The notes under the pieces: generated by a model
What the model was told of the DNA's origin: nothing
Database searches by the model: none
What the model saw: the letters and a program-made list of their open reading frames with translations, nothing else
Shown here: positions 38,517-51,243 of the stretch, one piece after another
How positions within the stretch are numbered: position 1 is the stretch's first letter
How the letters are laid out: each line of letters starts with the position of its first letter
From: Octopus vulgaris
Lineage: Eukaryota
Length of the DNA: 64,000 bases
Direction of reading: 5' to 3'
Assembly: GCA_951406725.2 (NCBI GenBank)
Contig: OX597817.1
Coordinates: 151,900,001 to 151,964,000 of the forward strand
Made by a program: the position numbers and the translations under genes

Positions 38517-38845
38517 ATGTATGTACGTATATATATATATATATATATCTGACGGATTCTCCCATCGAAGCTGACGTATGAGTGTTCAGCTTTTGCCGAA
38601 TGACTTGCACAAATGATTTGTTATATATATATATTATTTTATTAAATAAAATATTTACATACTCGACCGGCTTCGCTTGTGTTAATCATGGCTAAGACAT
38701 TAGTGCTAATGTTACAATTTCATGCTATCATAGGAAGTTTTCATTCCATGTTAGTAGCAGGATTCTCCAGGTCAAAAATTACGAATATTTCTATATATTT
38801 ACCCAATGATTCCTTCGCTACCACTTCAGTGAGCTGTGGAGACTG

Positions 38846-38897
38846 TATACTTCGCTGATGAAGGTCTCAAAGAGGTAGAAACATGTCCAAGGGTGTA
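38846..38897 (+). ncRNA. Type I hammerhead-like motif, intact core, imperfect stems
   Basis: CUGAUGA (38855-38861) aggu CUC aaa GAG gua GAAA CAUG UC (38878-38887). Confidence 0.55.
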
Positions 38898-39163
38898 TCC
38901 AGTACTCATCATATTATACATGTTATTACTAATACTATTCTTCTTTTTCTTTCACCGCATATTTATTTCAAGCGTAGATTCTACTCTTTGATGGCACTGT
39001 TCCAGTATGACTACAGTTCATTGACTGAAAGCAAGAAAGGCGCAAAACAGAACGTATTGCGGTGGAAATATTCTGCAAGAATGATTTGTCGATAGGTGGG
39101 ATGTATATGCTTCAGCAGGGTTGTTATAGAGTCTTGAACTTCGGAGAAAAATAAAATAGTATA

Positions 39164-39568
39164 GGCGTAGGAGTGGCTGTGTGGTAAGTAGCTTGCTTAC
39201 CAACCACATGGTTCCGGGTTCAGTCCCACTGCGTGGCACCTTGGGCAAGTGTCTTCTGCTATAGCCTCGGGCCGACCAAAGCCTTGTGAGTGGATTTGGT
39301 CGGCGGAAACTGAACGAAGCCCATCGTATATATGTACATGTATATATACGTGTGTGGATGTTTGTATGTGTGTTTGTCCCTCCAACATTGCTTGACAACC
39401 GATGCTGGTGAGTTTACGTCCCCGTAACTTAGCGGTTCGGCAAAAGAGACCGATACAATAAGTACTAGGCTTACAAAGAATAATTCCTGGGGGTCGATTT
39501 GCTCGACTAAAGGTGGTGCTCCAGCATGGCCGCAGTCAAATGACTGAAACAAGTAAGAGTAAAAGAGG
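39164..39568 (+). mobile_element. SINE family A, full length
   Basis: Similarity to family A. Confidence 0.9.
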
Positions 39569-40100
39569 GTGTAACGGATATTTTTTTCCTTCTTTAAATT
39601 TATTTAATGTTTTGCTCTGGAGGCCGCCGAGACCGGTGAAGTTAATGATTCCCATGGTCAGCATTCTACTTAAAATGAACAACGTGGAGATTCTAAAGGA
39701 ATGATGCTCTAACATCATTCCTTTCGGTTAAGTGCTTGGTGCGGTGTCTGGCTCTGTTGGCGCTGTCTCCTTGGTGCCTATATTTGTGACAAGGAGAGAC
39801 GAGTGAGTTTAAATGGGACTGGATGGAGGAAGCGCAAGACCAGCCAGTTTCGAAGAGCGAAGTGAGGAGTCAGCACCACATCTTTGTGCAGAAGTTGAAA
39901 AGTGATTGTGAGCGTCTCCACGTCAATTAGTCGGGAAGCATTTCTTCGGTGCAGTTGTGCGTACCGTTTCAGCATCGTTTGGGATGTGGAGAGCAATACG
40001 CGTTTGAAGGTTTCATTTGAGCTTTGTAAAGGACTTGAACGATGGAGGCTAACTAGTTCATGACTACACAGGTGGGCAAGTATACATGTGTACGTATGTA

Positions 40101-40505
40101 GGCGCAGGAGTGGCTGTGTGGTAAGTAGCTTGCTAACCAACCACATGGTTCTGGGTTCAATCCCACTGCGTGGCATCTTGGGCAAGTGTCTTCTGCTATA
40201 GCCCCGGGCCGACCAATGCCTTGTGAGTGGATTTGGTAGACGGAAACTGAAAGAAGCCTGTCGTATATATGTATATATATGTATATATGTGTATGTGTGT
40301 GTTTGTCCCCCTAGCATTGCTTGACAACCGATGCTGGTGTGTTTACGTCCCCGTCACTTAGCAGTTCGGCAAAAGAGACCGATAGAATAAGTACTGGGCT
40401 TACAAAGAATAAGTCCTGGGGTCGATTTGCTCGACTAAAGGCGGTGCTCCAGCATGGCCGCAGTCAAATGACTGAAACAAGTAAAAGAGTAAAAGAGTAA
40501 AGAGA
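40101..40505 (+). mobile_element. SINE family A, young subfamily
   Basis: Diagnostic variants as at 24443. Confidence 0.9.
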
Positions 40506-40992
40506 GTATGTGTGCATGCGCGCCCACGTGAGCGTGCGTGTGTATGTGTGTGTGTGTGTATTAATTTGCTTAACCATGGGTTTAGACCAGTGGTTCTCAG
40601 CTTTTTCCCGACCATCACCCCCTAAAAGCTGTTTTTGACGTAAGCTAATTGGTAATATTACACCAAAAAATCATAACAAGTATTCTTTTCTACTCTAGGC
40701 ACAAAGCCCGAAATTTTGAGGGAGGGGGCCAGTCGATTAGATCGACCCCAGTACGCAACTGATACTTAATTTATCCACCCCTAAAAGATGAAAAACAAAG
40801 TCGACCATAAATATTATGTAATTAGGACTAATCAACACTAAAAATATGTCCTTTCGGTATGATGTGATTTGAGGAATTTGGTTACTATTTCTGCCAGATC
40901 GAATGATTACACAGAGGTTATCTCGACTTGTATGAGTGAATATGTGAGTACCTGTACATATTTCATACATACAGCTGACTCCAGATTATAAC

Positions 40993-41165
40993 CAGTAGCG
41001 TAGCTGGGGTAGGACGAGAGGGTAGTACACTCCGTGTTACGCTTTTACAGGAGCGACTGTCTTGGGTCTGTTGTATAAGCCAGCATAGGATTGTAGGGGC
41101 TCGAGTGAGTGGAACAACAAACTCAAGCACTGCACCGGGCGGCACACACTCTAGCTAAGCTACTG
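40993..41165. mobile_element. hAT-like MITE
   Basis: TIR CAGTAGCGTAGCT / AGCTAAGCTACTG; imperfect 8-bp TSD ATTATAAC/GCTATAAC. Confidence 0.7.
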
Positions 41166-41181
41166 GCTATAACAACCTATA

Positions 41182-41656
41182 TAATAAATAATAATAATAA
41201 TGAAATTATTGTATACAGTGCTCAGGTGCACCACAACTTGTCAAAAGTGCGCATAAAGCATATGCAGTAATGTACAAATGTATGGGAAGTGAACAGTGTA
41301 TGAGTCAGATACATGCTTGTGTGTGTATGGAGGGGAGAAAATCAGGTGTAGTGTTGGCGAATCTCAGGAAGCATGGAAGTTTTGAAGGATGCAGTGCTCC
41401 GACAACTAACAACTGATGCCAGCAGTTGTTCCATGCTTCAGCAACTCTTAGCGTGAAAATATGTTTCCGAAAGTCATGGGAGCTGTGCTGTTTTCTGACT
41501 TTGTAAATATGTCCATGGGTGTTAGACAAGTGGAGTTTGAAAAGGTGCTCAGAATTATTGTTAGTAAGATGATTAATAATTTTATGGGTGTCTGCCAAGT
41601 CAGCTGCCAGATGTCGGAGTTTCAATGTATCTATGCCCCATAGAAAGCCACGAAGA
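41182..41656 (-). mobile_element. 5'-truncated CR1-clade LINE 3' end
   Basis: LRHLAADLADTHKII...LF...THGHIYKVRKQ...DFRKHIFTLRVAEAWN motif, 3' UTR, (ATT)n tail, possible TSD AACCTATA. Confidence 0.8.
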
Positions 41657-41824
41657 AACCTATACATGGTTAGCATCTACCTAAAATCTTACCCAACCAT
41701 CCTGGAAAAGAAAACGACGAATCGGTGTAATGTACTTTTGCTTGTTTCTAAAAAGATGAGAGTTGTTGTCAGATTTTCTTCGTCGGAAATGACTTGGGCC
41801 TGCCTATAACGAAGATGGTTAATG

Positions 41825-42195
41825 GGAAGCACTCCGTCGGTTACGACGACGAGGGTTCCGGTTGATCCGAATCAACGGAACAGCCTGCTCGTGAAATTAA
41901 CTTGTAAGTGGCCGAGCACTCCACAGACACGTATACCCTTAACGTAGTTCTCGGGGATATTCAGCGTGACACAGAGAGTGACAAGGCCGGCCCTTTGAAA
42001 TACAGGTACAACAGAAACAGGAAGTAAGAGTGAAAGAAAGTTGTGGTGAAAGAGTACAGCAGGGATCACCACCATCCCCTGCCGGAGCCTCGTGGAGCTT
42101 TTAGGTGTTTTCGCTCAATAAACACACACAACGCCCGGTCTGGGAATCGAAACCGCGAGTCCGCTGCCCTAACTACTGGGCCATTGCGCCTCCAC
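41825..42195 (-). mobile_element. SINE family B
   Basis: TSD AGATGGTTAAT. Confidence 0.9.
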
Positions 42196-42766
42196 AGATG
42201 GTTAATAAGGGAAATGTGGAAATGGATATATAACTTGAGATGAAATGAACTGGTAAGCGACTATTTATTCTCCGTTATAAAATACAATGATTGCCATACA
42301 TGAAATAAAATAACATTAACAGGTTACAACAAGGATGCAAGAGAGGCTCCGTAGTTAGGCTGGACTGATCTTGTAAACAAAGTTGACGCACTGTCTGGTG
42401 TGTAGAGGCAGCCGTTGGTCTGTTGGTCATACAGTGATGCAATGATTTAGACGGGTGTCTGGTGAAAATGAAAACGGAGACAGACGGGTGGCAGAACATC
42501 GTTGCCGAAGACGAGTTGCTTGTGGTTAATGGCGCGTGCCAAAGACCTAGAACAGTCGCGAACTGCCGTTCTTATAGGGAATAATAGGCTCCCAGAAGTT
42601 AGAGATTAATTTCCCGCGTAAGGAAAAGTAAACTGTTGCGCCAACACAATTGGACAGCTAGAACCCGACTAATACAAACAAAAGGTTTGTTTAATCACTA
42701 GGTCATGTGACCGCTGGACCGAAAAGGCCTTGTGGAGTCGATATTGGGGTATTTAAGCCTAGATGA

Positions 42767-43056
42767 GTGGAGGCACATAGCCTAGTGGTTAGAGCAGCGG
42801 ACTGGCGGTCGAGGGATCGCGGGTTCGAATCTCAGACCGGGAGATGTGTGTGTTTATGAGCGAAACACCTAATCTCCACGCGGCTCCGGCAGAAGGTAAT
42901 GGCGAACTTCTGCTGACTCTTTTGCCACAACTTTCTCTCACTCTTTCCTCCAGCATCTTGCAGCTCACCTGCGACGGACCGGCGTCCCGTCCAGGTGGGG
43001 AACCTATACACCAAGGAAACCGGGAAACCAGCCCTTATGAGAAGGAACAAACAACA
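42767..43056 (+). mobile_element. SINE family B relative with a distinct tail
   Basis: tRNA-like head GGTTCGAATC; TSD AAGCCTAGATGA. Confidence 0.85.
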
Positions 43057-43783
43057 AGCCTAGATGAATCAAAACGAAAACACCTCATACAATGACAGTG
43101 TAAATCACTTCTGCTACAGGCCTCAAAAATAAAAACTATTACAATTCATGAACCAATTTAATAATTAAACCAAATTTTAGTCATAATTCCGTCTATGTCA
43201 TATGGGATTTATATACACCAGCACTTTATTTTCTAACCCGTCACTGAGAGAAAAGCTAGGTTGCCCACTGTGAGATTTGAACTCAGAACGTAAAGGATTC
43301 AACAAGTTTGTCCAATATCCTCATGATACCGTTAATTCGTCACTTAGCTTTGATCGTTCTTTCTGTTTTCCTTTTCCCCAAGTTTTAACTATTTTCTGGT
43401 GATATCGTATGATTTTAGATTGTGTTCTTCCAGTCACATTCGATCGTTACTCTCAGTATATTTTATTGCTGTGGGAATGTCATTCAGAAATATTCCGTAA
43501 TGAAAAATATAAAAAACGCGTTCCTTTTTTGATTTGGTTCAGATCTTAGAGGATTTAGTGATAACTGGAAGTCATGTAGACAATAGATTATTTTATTCAA
43601 ACGGAAATAAAGATATTCGAATGGAGCTCATGCATAAACATCTGCTATAGAACTTATCACAAACCATTGTGTGAGTTTATCTATGGTCGTTGACCTGCTG
43701 AAATAGCAGGTCTTGCTATCGTTTCCAACAAAACACATCCTAACGTCTTAAAAATTGAAGGACACATTAAATAGTGTAGTTCT

Positions 43784-44175
43784 GTGGAGGCGCAATGGCC
43801 CAGTGGTTAGGGCAGCGGACTCGCGGTCGTAGGATCGCGGTTTCGATTCCCAGACCGGGCGTTGTGGGTGTTTATTGAGCGAAAACACCTAAAAGCTCCA
43901 CGAGGCTCCGCCAGGGATGGTGGTGATCCCGGCTGTACTCTTTCACCACAACTTTCTCTCACTCTTACTTCCTGTTTCTGTTGTACCTGTATATCAAAGG
44001 GCTGGCCTTGTCACTCTCTGTGTCACGCTGAATATCCCCGAGAACTACGTTAAGGGTACACGTGTCTGTGGAGTGCTCAGCCACTTACACGTTAATTTCA
44101 CGAGCAGGCTGTTCCGTTGATTCGGATCAACCGGAACCCTCGTCGTCGTAACCGACGGAGTGCTTCCATCCATCC
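43784..44175 (+). mobile_element. SINE family B, full length
   Basis: TSD AGTGTAGTTCT; (TCCA)n tail. Confidence 0.92.
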
Positions 44176-44417
44176 AGTGTAGTTCTAGATCAACAAAAAT
44201 ACGAGTGTAATGCTTTTAATCGTAGATCTGAGCTGACCTGGGGTTAAACAACAGCGACAAACGAAAGTCGTTTAAACTATTACAAATAAAAGAAATTTAC
44301 TTTGATATTTATTTGAGGTTGGTCATTTTAATTCATGAATTCCAATATTTTTTTATTATTATTTATAGTAAATAAATGTAATAAATGTGTTCTTTATTGA
44401 AAGCCAGTAATTGATCA

Positions 44418-45257
44418 GGATCTTTTCCTTTTGAACGGCACTTTGTAACATAATTTCTAGGTAACTAAAAAGTTTTAAACTTCGTATTCTGGTAGAATGT
44501 GTTTATAAAACATCATTTTTCTTGGCTTTATTGAGTAAATTCTATATGTTGTAACATATTTCGTCTTTAATTTCGAGCATTTCGGCAATTTTAACCAATC
44601 GCTGACGTCCATTTAGGTAAATAACATTCTGTGCATAATGAATATGTCCCCCCTTTAAGAAACAGATTGGGTTTATTTACATTTGTGAAGAAAAAAGATA
44701 CCCTTCCCCTACTCCTAACCCTAACCCTAACTAACCCTAACTCTAATCCTAAATCTAAAATAGATTGAAATACAATAGATCGATACTAGGGTTATAATTA
44801 TGTGTGACAATTTCATACGACACCGCTACGGAAATGGGATTTTTTTCTAGCGGTGTCAAATGAAAATGTCACCCATAATTATGGACCTACTATCGATCTA
44901 TTGCATTTCAATCTATTTTAGATTTAGGGTCAGAGTTAGGGTTAGGGCTATGGTTAGGGGTTGGGGAAGGGTATCTTTTTTTTCTTCACAAATGTAAATA
45001 AACCCAATCTGTTTCTTAAAGGAGGGACATATTCATTATGCACAGAATGTTATTTACCTAAATGGAGGTCAGCGATTGGTTAAAATTGCTGAAATGCTCG
45101 AAATTAAAGACGAAATATCTTACAACCTATAGAATTTTCTCAATAAAGCCAAGAGAAAATGATGTTTTATAAACACATTCTACCAGTATACGAAGTTTAA
45201 AACTTTTTAATTACCTAGAAATTATGTTACAAAGTGCCGTTCAAAAGGAAAAGATCC
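44418..45257. mobile_element. 840-bp palindromic dimer of a ~410-bp Merlin-like MITE with telomere-like (CCCTAA)n
   Basis: Arms 44418-44828 and 44847-45257 are inverted; TSD ATTGATCA/ATTGATTA. Confidence 0.85.
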
Positions 45258-45806
45258 ATTGATTATACAAAAAATATTACTTTAGAAGCAGTTGCAGTGG
45301 AACTGTTATTCTATTAACACTTCATGGTTTGATAAATTAGGTTTTAAAATACTTTTATTTCAGTAAAAAAAAAGTTGGGGTGGAAAACTTCCAAATGTTC
45401 AGTAAAATTGCGTTTTGCCTTCTGCTTGCGCAAAAACTGTATAACATTACTTAGGTGGTTTCAGTCTCCACTTATCTAGCCATCAGATAGCGAAAGGTCA
45501 TAGTTTTATCACCACTAGTCGCCAAATACGACATTATTAAGAACCACGCTGTCGCGAGATTTGTTTGCTTTTCAAAGTCCTCTTTTAGGCCTCCTCCAAT
45601 CTACTCGTGTCCAGCTGAGAAAAACAGTTGGGTGTTGAGATTCAGATAGTATATATAAATTAGTGGAATTATATTTTTAAAAAATGCCCTGTGTGAGTAG
45701 CTCTTGGTGCCTTAGGAATACAGACGAGATAAATGAGCTCCAAAACCTCGGTTCCGTATACCATCGAATCACATGTGAATGTAACTACGGTGTTGTTGTC
45801 GATTAC

Positions 45807-46210
45807 GGATCTTTTCGGTTAGACCGGCAGTTTTTTTTAAATAATTTCCACGTAACTAAACACTTTTAAACTTCGTATACTGGTAGAATGTGTTTATAAA
45901 ACATCTTTTTCTCTTGGCTTTATTGAGAAAATTCTATAGTTTGTAAGATATTTGTTGTTTTTTTCTTCAATTTCTGCAATTTCAACCAATCACTGACGTC
46001 TATTGAGTTAAAAAAAAACATTCTGTGCCGTATGAATATGTCCCTCCTTTAAGAAACAGATTGGGTTTATTTACATTTCTGAAGAAAAAAGTACCCTTCC
46101 CCCAGCCCTAACCCTAAAACAGATTGAAATGCAATAGATCGATACTAATTATGGGTGACAATTTCATAAGACAACGCTAGAAAAAACTGCCGTTCAAACC
46201 GAAAAGATCC
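45807..46210 (+). mobile_element. Merlin-like MITE monomer
   Basis: TIR GGATCTTTTCGGTT.GA.CGGCAGTTTTTT / AAAAAACTGCCGTTCAAACCGAAAAGATCC. Confidence 0.85.
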
Positions 46211-46629
46211 CGCACCCCTAACTTAGTGATAAATTTTGCTACCAAATTTTTGCCTTCATAGTTTTAGTTTTACCCCGTGTTTAAGTCGCTCTCCAGTTCT
46301 CTCAGTTAAAACCAAGTATAAAATAGAGCGGCTTATACACGAGTAAATACGGTAGCTTTCTCACTTTGTGAGACCCACAGCAAGCTTCCGTTACGTGGTC
46401 GAGTTGTTGTAGTTCCCTTTACTACGTCCATCTGGTCTTCATACATTTGAAGTCTTCCCAAAATGCTAGGTGTTTGTAGGCTAGTCCCTTTTCCTTTTTC
46501 TTTCTTCCGATATTCATATCATAGAAGTCATTACATGCCAAGTGGTTAGTAGTCACAATATAGGACCTTCCAAGCGAAACCGAGGCAGCACTTTGGTGTT
46601 TTGCAGTGGTTAGGTATTGCTTCACAAAC

Positions 46630-47086
46630 GCGGCGAGCTGGCAGAATCGTTAGCACGCCGGGCGAAATGTGTAGCTTTATTTCGTCTGCCGTTACGTTCT
46701 GAGTTCAAATTCCGCCGAGGTCGACTTTGCCTTTCATCCTTTCGGGGTCAATTAAATAAATACCTATTTCTTTATTACCCACCAGGGGCTAAACACAGAG
46801 CGGACAAACAAGGACAGACATAGGTATTAAGTCGATTACATCGACCCCAGTGCGTAACTGGTACTTAATTTATCGACCCCGAAAGGATGAAAGGCAAAGT
46901 CGACCTCGGCGGAATTTGAACTCACAACGTAACGCAGACGAAATACCGCTAAGCATTTCGCCCGGCGTGCTAACGTTTCTGCCAGCTTGCATACCAGTTA
47001 TGCACTGTAATTGACTTAATCCGTCTGTCTGTCCTTGTTTGTACCCTCTGTGTTTAGCCCCTTGTGGGTAGTAAAGAAATAGGTAT
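46630..47086. mobile_element. SINE C copy with a second, antiparallel SINE C inserted in it
   Basis: + 46630-46759, - 46760-46988, + 46992-47086; outer TSD TAGGTATTGCTTCACA. Confidence 0.85.
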
Positions 47087-47407
47087 TGCTTCACAGAAGA
47101 ATTCCTTCATTTGTGATTCTATTTCGTCTGATGACTTTGAGAAGCTTCCACTGTTAGTGAAATATATCCAGCTTATTGGCCTACTTTACTGCCATTTTTT
47201 TTTCTATGTTCCATTTCCGCAAGGAACTATTTACAATAGTAAAACTATATTTCACGCACTTTGTGCCTTCTACTTATACGATGATGTGCTAAACTACTGA
47301 GACCCAAATGTCTTTGTTATGGACTCAATGCTGCAGCATCGGTAACAAGATACAAACCAGCAACTCTTTACGACCTAATCCACTCGGTTATTTATAGCAT
47401 TTACTTC

Positions 47408-47823
47408 AGATCTTTTCGGTTTGAATGGCAGTTTTTAACATAATTTCTAGGTAACTAAAAAATTTTAAACTTCGTATACTGGTAGCATATGTTTATAAAA
47501 CATCTTTTTCTCATGGCTTTATTGAGAAAATTCTATGGTTTGTAAGATATTTGCTGTTTTTTTTCTTCAATTTCAGCAATTTCAACCAATCAGTGACGTC
47601 TATTGAGTTAAAATGCATTCTGTGCCGTATGAATATGTCCCTCGTTTAAGAAACAGATTGGGTCTATTTACATTTGTGAAGAAAAAAGATGCCCTTCCCC
47701 CCACCCCTAACCCTAATACTAAAAGAGATTGAAATGCAATAGATCGATTCTAGGGTCATAATTATGGGTGACAATTTCATATGACACCGCTAGAAAAAAC
47801 TGCCTTTCAAACCGAGAAGATCC
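47408..47823 (+). mobile_element. Merlin-like MITE monomer
   Basis: Same TIRs; degenerate 8-bp TSD TTTACTTC/TTTATTTG. Confidence 0.85.
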
Positions 47824-48261
47824 TTTATTTGTTTGGCACATTAAAAGTTTAAATATTTTATACCCATTACTGCTCTCATGTGTTACTTTCCCTGCCTGAG
47901 GTTACCGTGGTCTTTTCCGTAGGCTTTTCTTTCCACGTCCACACCTAATCTGTTTTACATTTTTACCCCGCTTTATTTTGCTGTTTACACGTCCCAAACG
48001 CTTTTGATCCCTTTCGATCGCATTTTATTCCTTCTTTCTTTCTTTCAAAAAGAAAAGTTCTACATTGTATTGTCCCCTCTGTGTTCGGCCTTGCGTGGCT
48101 AAAAAAGAAAGATATATTCCTTTGTCAATAAGTTTAAATGACTCTCGCTATTTTTTCACCTCTAGGTTCCCTACATTCGGTAATCTGGTATAATCTCCAC
48201 GTAGCTTTCACAATCCTTTGTAAACTCGGGAATTTTTCGGCGGTGTCATGTTGCTATTCTA

Positions 48262-48428
48262 CGCAGGAGTGACTGTGTGGTAAGTAGCTTGCTTACCAAC
48301 CACATCGTTCCAGGTTCAGTCCCACTGCGTGACACCTTGGGCAAGTGTCTTCTACTATAGCCTCGGGCCGACCAAAGCCTTGTGAGTGGATTTGGTAGAC
48401 GGAAACTGAAAGAAGCCCGTCGTATATA

Positions 48429-48484
<56 letters not shown>

Positions 48485-48702
48485 TGTGTGTGTGTTTGTC
48501 CCCCCCCCAACATCGCCTGAAAACCGATGCTGGTGTGTTTACGTCCCCGTAACTTAGCGGTTCGGCAAAAGATACCGATAGAATAAGTACTGGGCTTACA
48601 AAGAATAAGCCCTGGGGTCGATTTGTTCGACTAAAGGTGGTGCTCCAGCATGGTCGCAGTCAAATGACTGAAACAAGTAAAAGAGAGAAGAGATAAAAGA
48701 GA
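48262..48702 (+). mobile_element. SINE family A
   Basis: Similarity to family A. Confidence 0.9.
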
Positions 48703-48780
48703 AATTTGTATTTCAAATCATTGCAACATGGAAAGAGTTTACTCATCAGTAAACAACGATCAATGTTACTGTCGGCCTCA

Positions 48781-48960
48781 TCTATTATATAAAATCCGTT
48801 CTGTCTGTGTGTGTGTGTGTGTGTGTTCTGGCATCTCGGGCATCCTCCATCCGATTGTGCTCAAATTTGATGTGTAGATACCGACGGTATCAGGACGTAT
48901 ATAAGTCTTGAAAAAATTACAAAAATCTATTCCAGGTGAGAATGCGATCGATAAAGTGAA
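48781..48960 (+). mobile_element. Helitron-like 5' fragment
   Basis: a|TCTATTATATAAAA...CTGTCTGTGTG start like the other Helitrons; no 3' CTAG hairpin seen. Confidence 0.45.
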
Positions 48961-49061
48961 TAAAATCGTTTTTCTTTGGAATAGAAAAAAAGTCTGTCTT
49001 TATTTCTTCTTTTCCTATATATATATATATATTAGAAGGTTTGGAGATGAGGTACAGGTAT

Positions 49062-49314
49062 TATATATTAGAAGAAATAAGGTACTCAGAAATCTGGATG
49101 GTTTTATATTTACAGATATTTATTAATATGTCACATGTTTTTATAAATCATATATCACCGCTTGCGTCCACTCTAGTGGAGTTTTCAGTTTCTGAAGACT
49201 CCACTAGAGTGGACGCAAGCGTTAATATATGATTTATAAAAACATGTGACATATCAATAAATATCTGTAAATATAAAACCATTCCGATTTCTGAGTACCT
49301 TATTTCTTCTAATA

Positions 49315-49318
<4 letters not shown>
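49062..49318. repeat. ~257-bp imperfect palindrome between (TA)n tracts (Penelope-like inverted terminus)
   Basis: Arms are reverse complements about centre 49190; CTGAAGA plus hairpin starts 2 nt from the centre. Confidence 0.88.
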
Positions 49319-49345
<27 letters not shown>

Positions 49346-49348
49346 ATA

Positions 49349-49438
<90 letters not shown>

Positions 49439-49509
49439 TTAGGGAATAAATCCAAATTTACAGGGAAAAATCAGATTTATGATTGAATCCAATTTTATAG
49501 TAAAATATT

Positions 49510-49710
49510 ATATAATATTAATTAGAGACAAAACCACTATTATGCAAATCAAACAAAGAAAGACTTAATCCAATACATAAAAATTTTTATATAAATTAAA
49601 TAGAATTAAATTCGCCATTCGTGTCTCTTCTAAGGACATTCATGTTTGATTTGCATAATTGCATGTTTGATTTGCATAATAGTGGTTTTGTCTCTAATTA
49701 ATATTATATA
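49510..49710. repeat. 46-bp inverted repeat next to (TA)n/(TAA)n
   Basis: TATAATATTAATTAGAGACAAAACCACTATTATGCAAATCAAACA and its reverse complement. Confidence 0.85.
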
Positions 49711-50299
49711 TATATATACTTACACACACACACGACGGGCTCCCGTTTTTTAACATTATTTTTATTTACGCCAATTTGAAGAAACTGCTTCTAATGCTAG
49801 ATATGAATATTGAACTCCTGAAACATGCTGTTCTGTTGGAATTTCTTCTTTTCCAACGAACGTCAGCGACAAGTATTTTGCTTATAACTTCAGTGAACGG
49901 ACTAGCATTCAACTGACTAGGATATCGTTATCTACTCGGAGCAATCTGAAATCCATCAAATATTATTACATAGATCTCGAATATTCATAAGAGATTCTCA
50001 GTATATCTGAGTCGGAGTATTATAAAGAAAAATTCAGATTTTTTTTTGAGCTGGGAGAAATAATGATAATTGGAGGAGGCTAATTGGGAAATCATTTGAA
50101 TTCTAACAGGTTTGTAGTTTGAAGAGAGAAATAAGCAGGCGGTGACGTTATAGATTTATGCTATTCTGAATAAGAAGAAATGCTCAAAGTATTTATAACA
50201 CCCTAGAGTTGACGTTAAGGATGGGAATGACCTAAGAACATCAAACACGTTTAAGTAAAGGAGACAATCTATTGATACTACTGATTTATAGATTTTTTT

Positions 50300-50683
50300 G
50301 GAAGCACACCGTCGGTTACGACGATGAGGGTTCCGGTTGATCCGAATCGACGGAACAGCCTGCTCGTGAAATTAACGTGTAAGCGGCTGAGCACTCCACA
50401 GACACGTGCACCCTTAACGTAGTTCTCGGGGATATTCAGCGTGACACAGAGAGTGACAAGGCCGGCCCTTTGATATACAGGTACAATAGAAACAGGAAGT
50501 AAGAGTGAGAGAAAGTTGTGGTGAAAGAGTACAGCAGGGATCACCACCATCCCCTGCCGGAGCCTCGTGGAGCTTTAGGTGTTTTCGCTCAATAAACACT
50601 CACAACACCCGGTCTGGGAATCGAAACCGCGATCCTATGACCGCGAGTCCGCTGCCCTAACCACTGGGCTATTGCGCCTCCAC
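50300..50683 (-). mobile_element. SINE family B, full length
   Basis: Colinear with 43784-44175. Confidence 0.9.
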
Positions 50684-51243
50684 GATCTATAGATAGTGGC
50701 GTTTTAAGGCATGGATACAGTGGGAAGTTTCCCAGGGTCTTCACGGGCATAGGGAAACAATTCTGATCTATGTATGATGTGGCTTACAGTCAATGTACTC
50801 TTACAACAGTGCATTGGTTTTTTTCTCGGGTGGGGCTGCTCTAATGTTGCTAAGACGGTCCTGTCTATGGGCTAATATGCCCTAGAGAGTTCAGATAGCA
50901 AATTAGATAAGAATCTCAGTTGTAAGAGTTTTGTTGTATCACTAAAACCTTTGAGGGTAGAATATTTATATTAAAGCAAAAACGTTAAAGACGCAAAATA
51001 TCTTCAAGTGACAAGCGAGAATCGCTCTCTTCAAACTTTTATGTTTCGTATATTATATGCAAATGTATGTAAATAATATGTATATTATATGCATACGTGT
51101 AAATGTGCGCTTGTGTGAGAGCGTATGTTTTAATGCTGGGTGTGTCAGTGTGTGTGTATGTGTGTGTGTGTGTGTACTTTGGACATTTAAATATATGCTG
51201 CTGTAGATACATTCATGCACACATATAATATACATTCACACTC

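Noticed and set aside
39018-39552. Recurrent peptides ASFSFRLPNPLTRLWSARG, MVVIPAVLFHHN and RKDERQSRPRRNLNSE suggesting a gene family
   Set aside because: Incidental translations of SINE families A, B and C; frames are not conserved between copies
39580-40075. GC-richer unique block that might be coding or a retroelement remnant
   Set aside because: No recognisable motif in the minus-strand frames read; cannot be assigned without a search
43788-43862. tRNA gene-like sequence (A/B boxes, tRNA-Arg-like)
   Set aside because: SINE head continuing into the SINE body with a TSD; no proper acceptor stem or terminator
44712-44965. Head-to-head (CCCTAA)n/(TTAGGG)n resembling a telomere fusion
   Set aside because: Short tracts internal to an inverted MITE pair, also present in the monomer copies
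48735-48755. Other CTGATGA words (48742 minus strand, 20823, 55690)
   Set aside because: No correctly placed stem II, GAAA and UH, so not hammerheads
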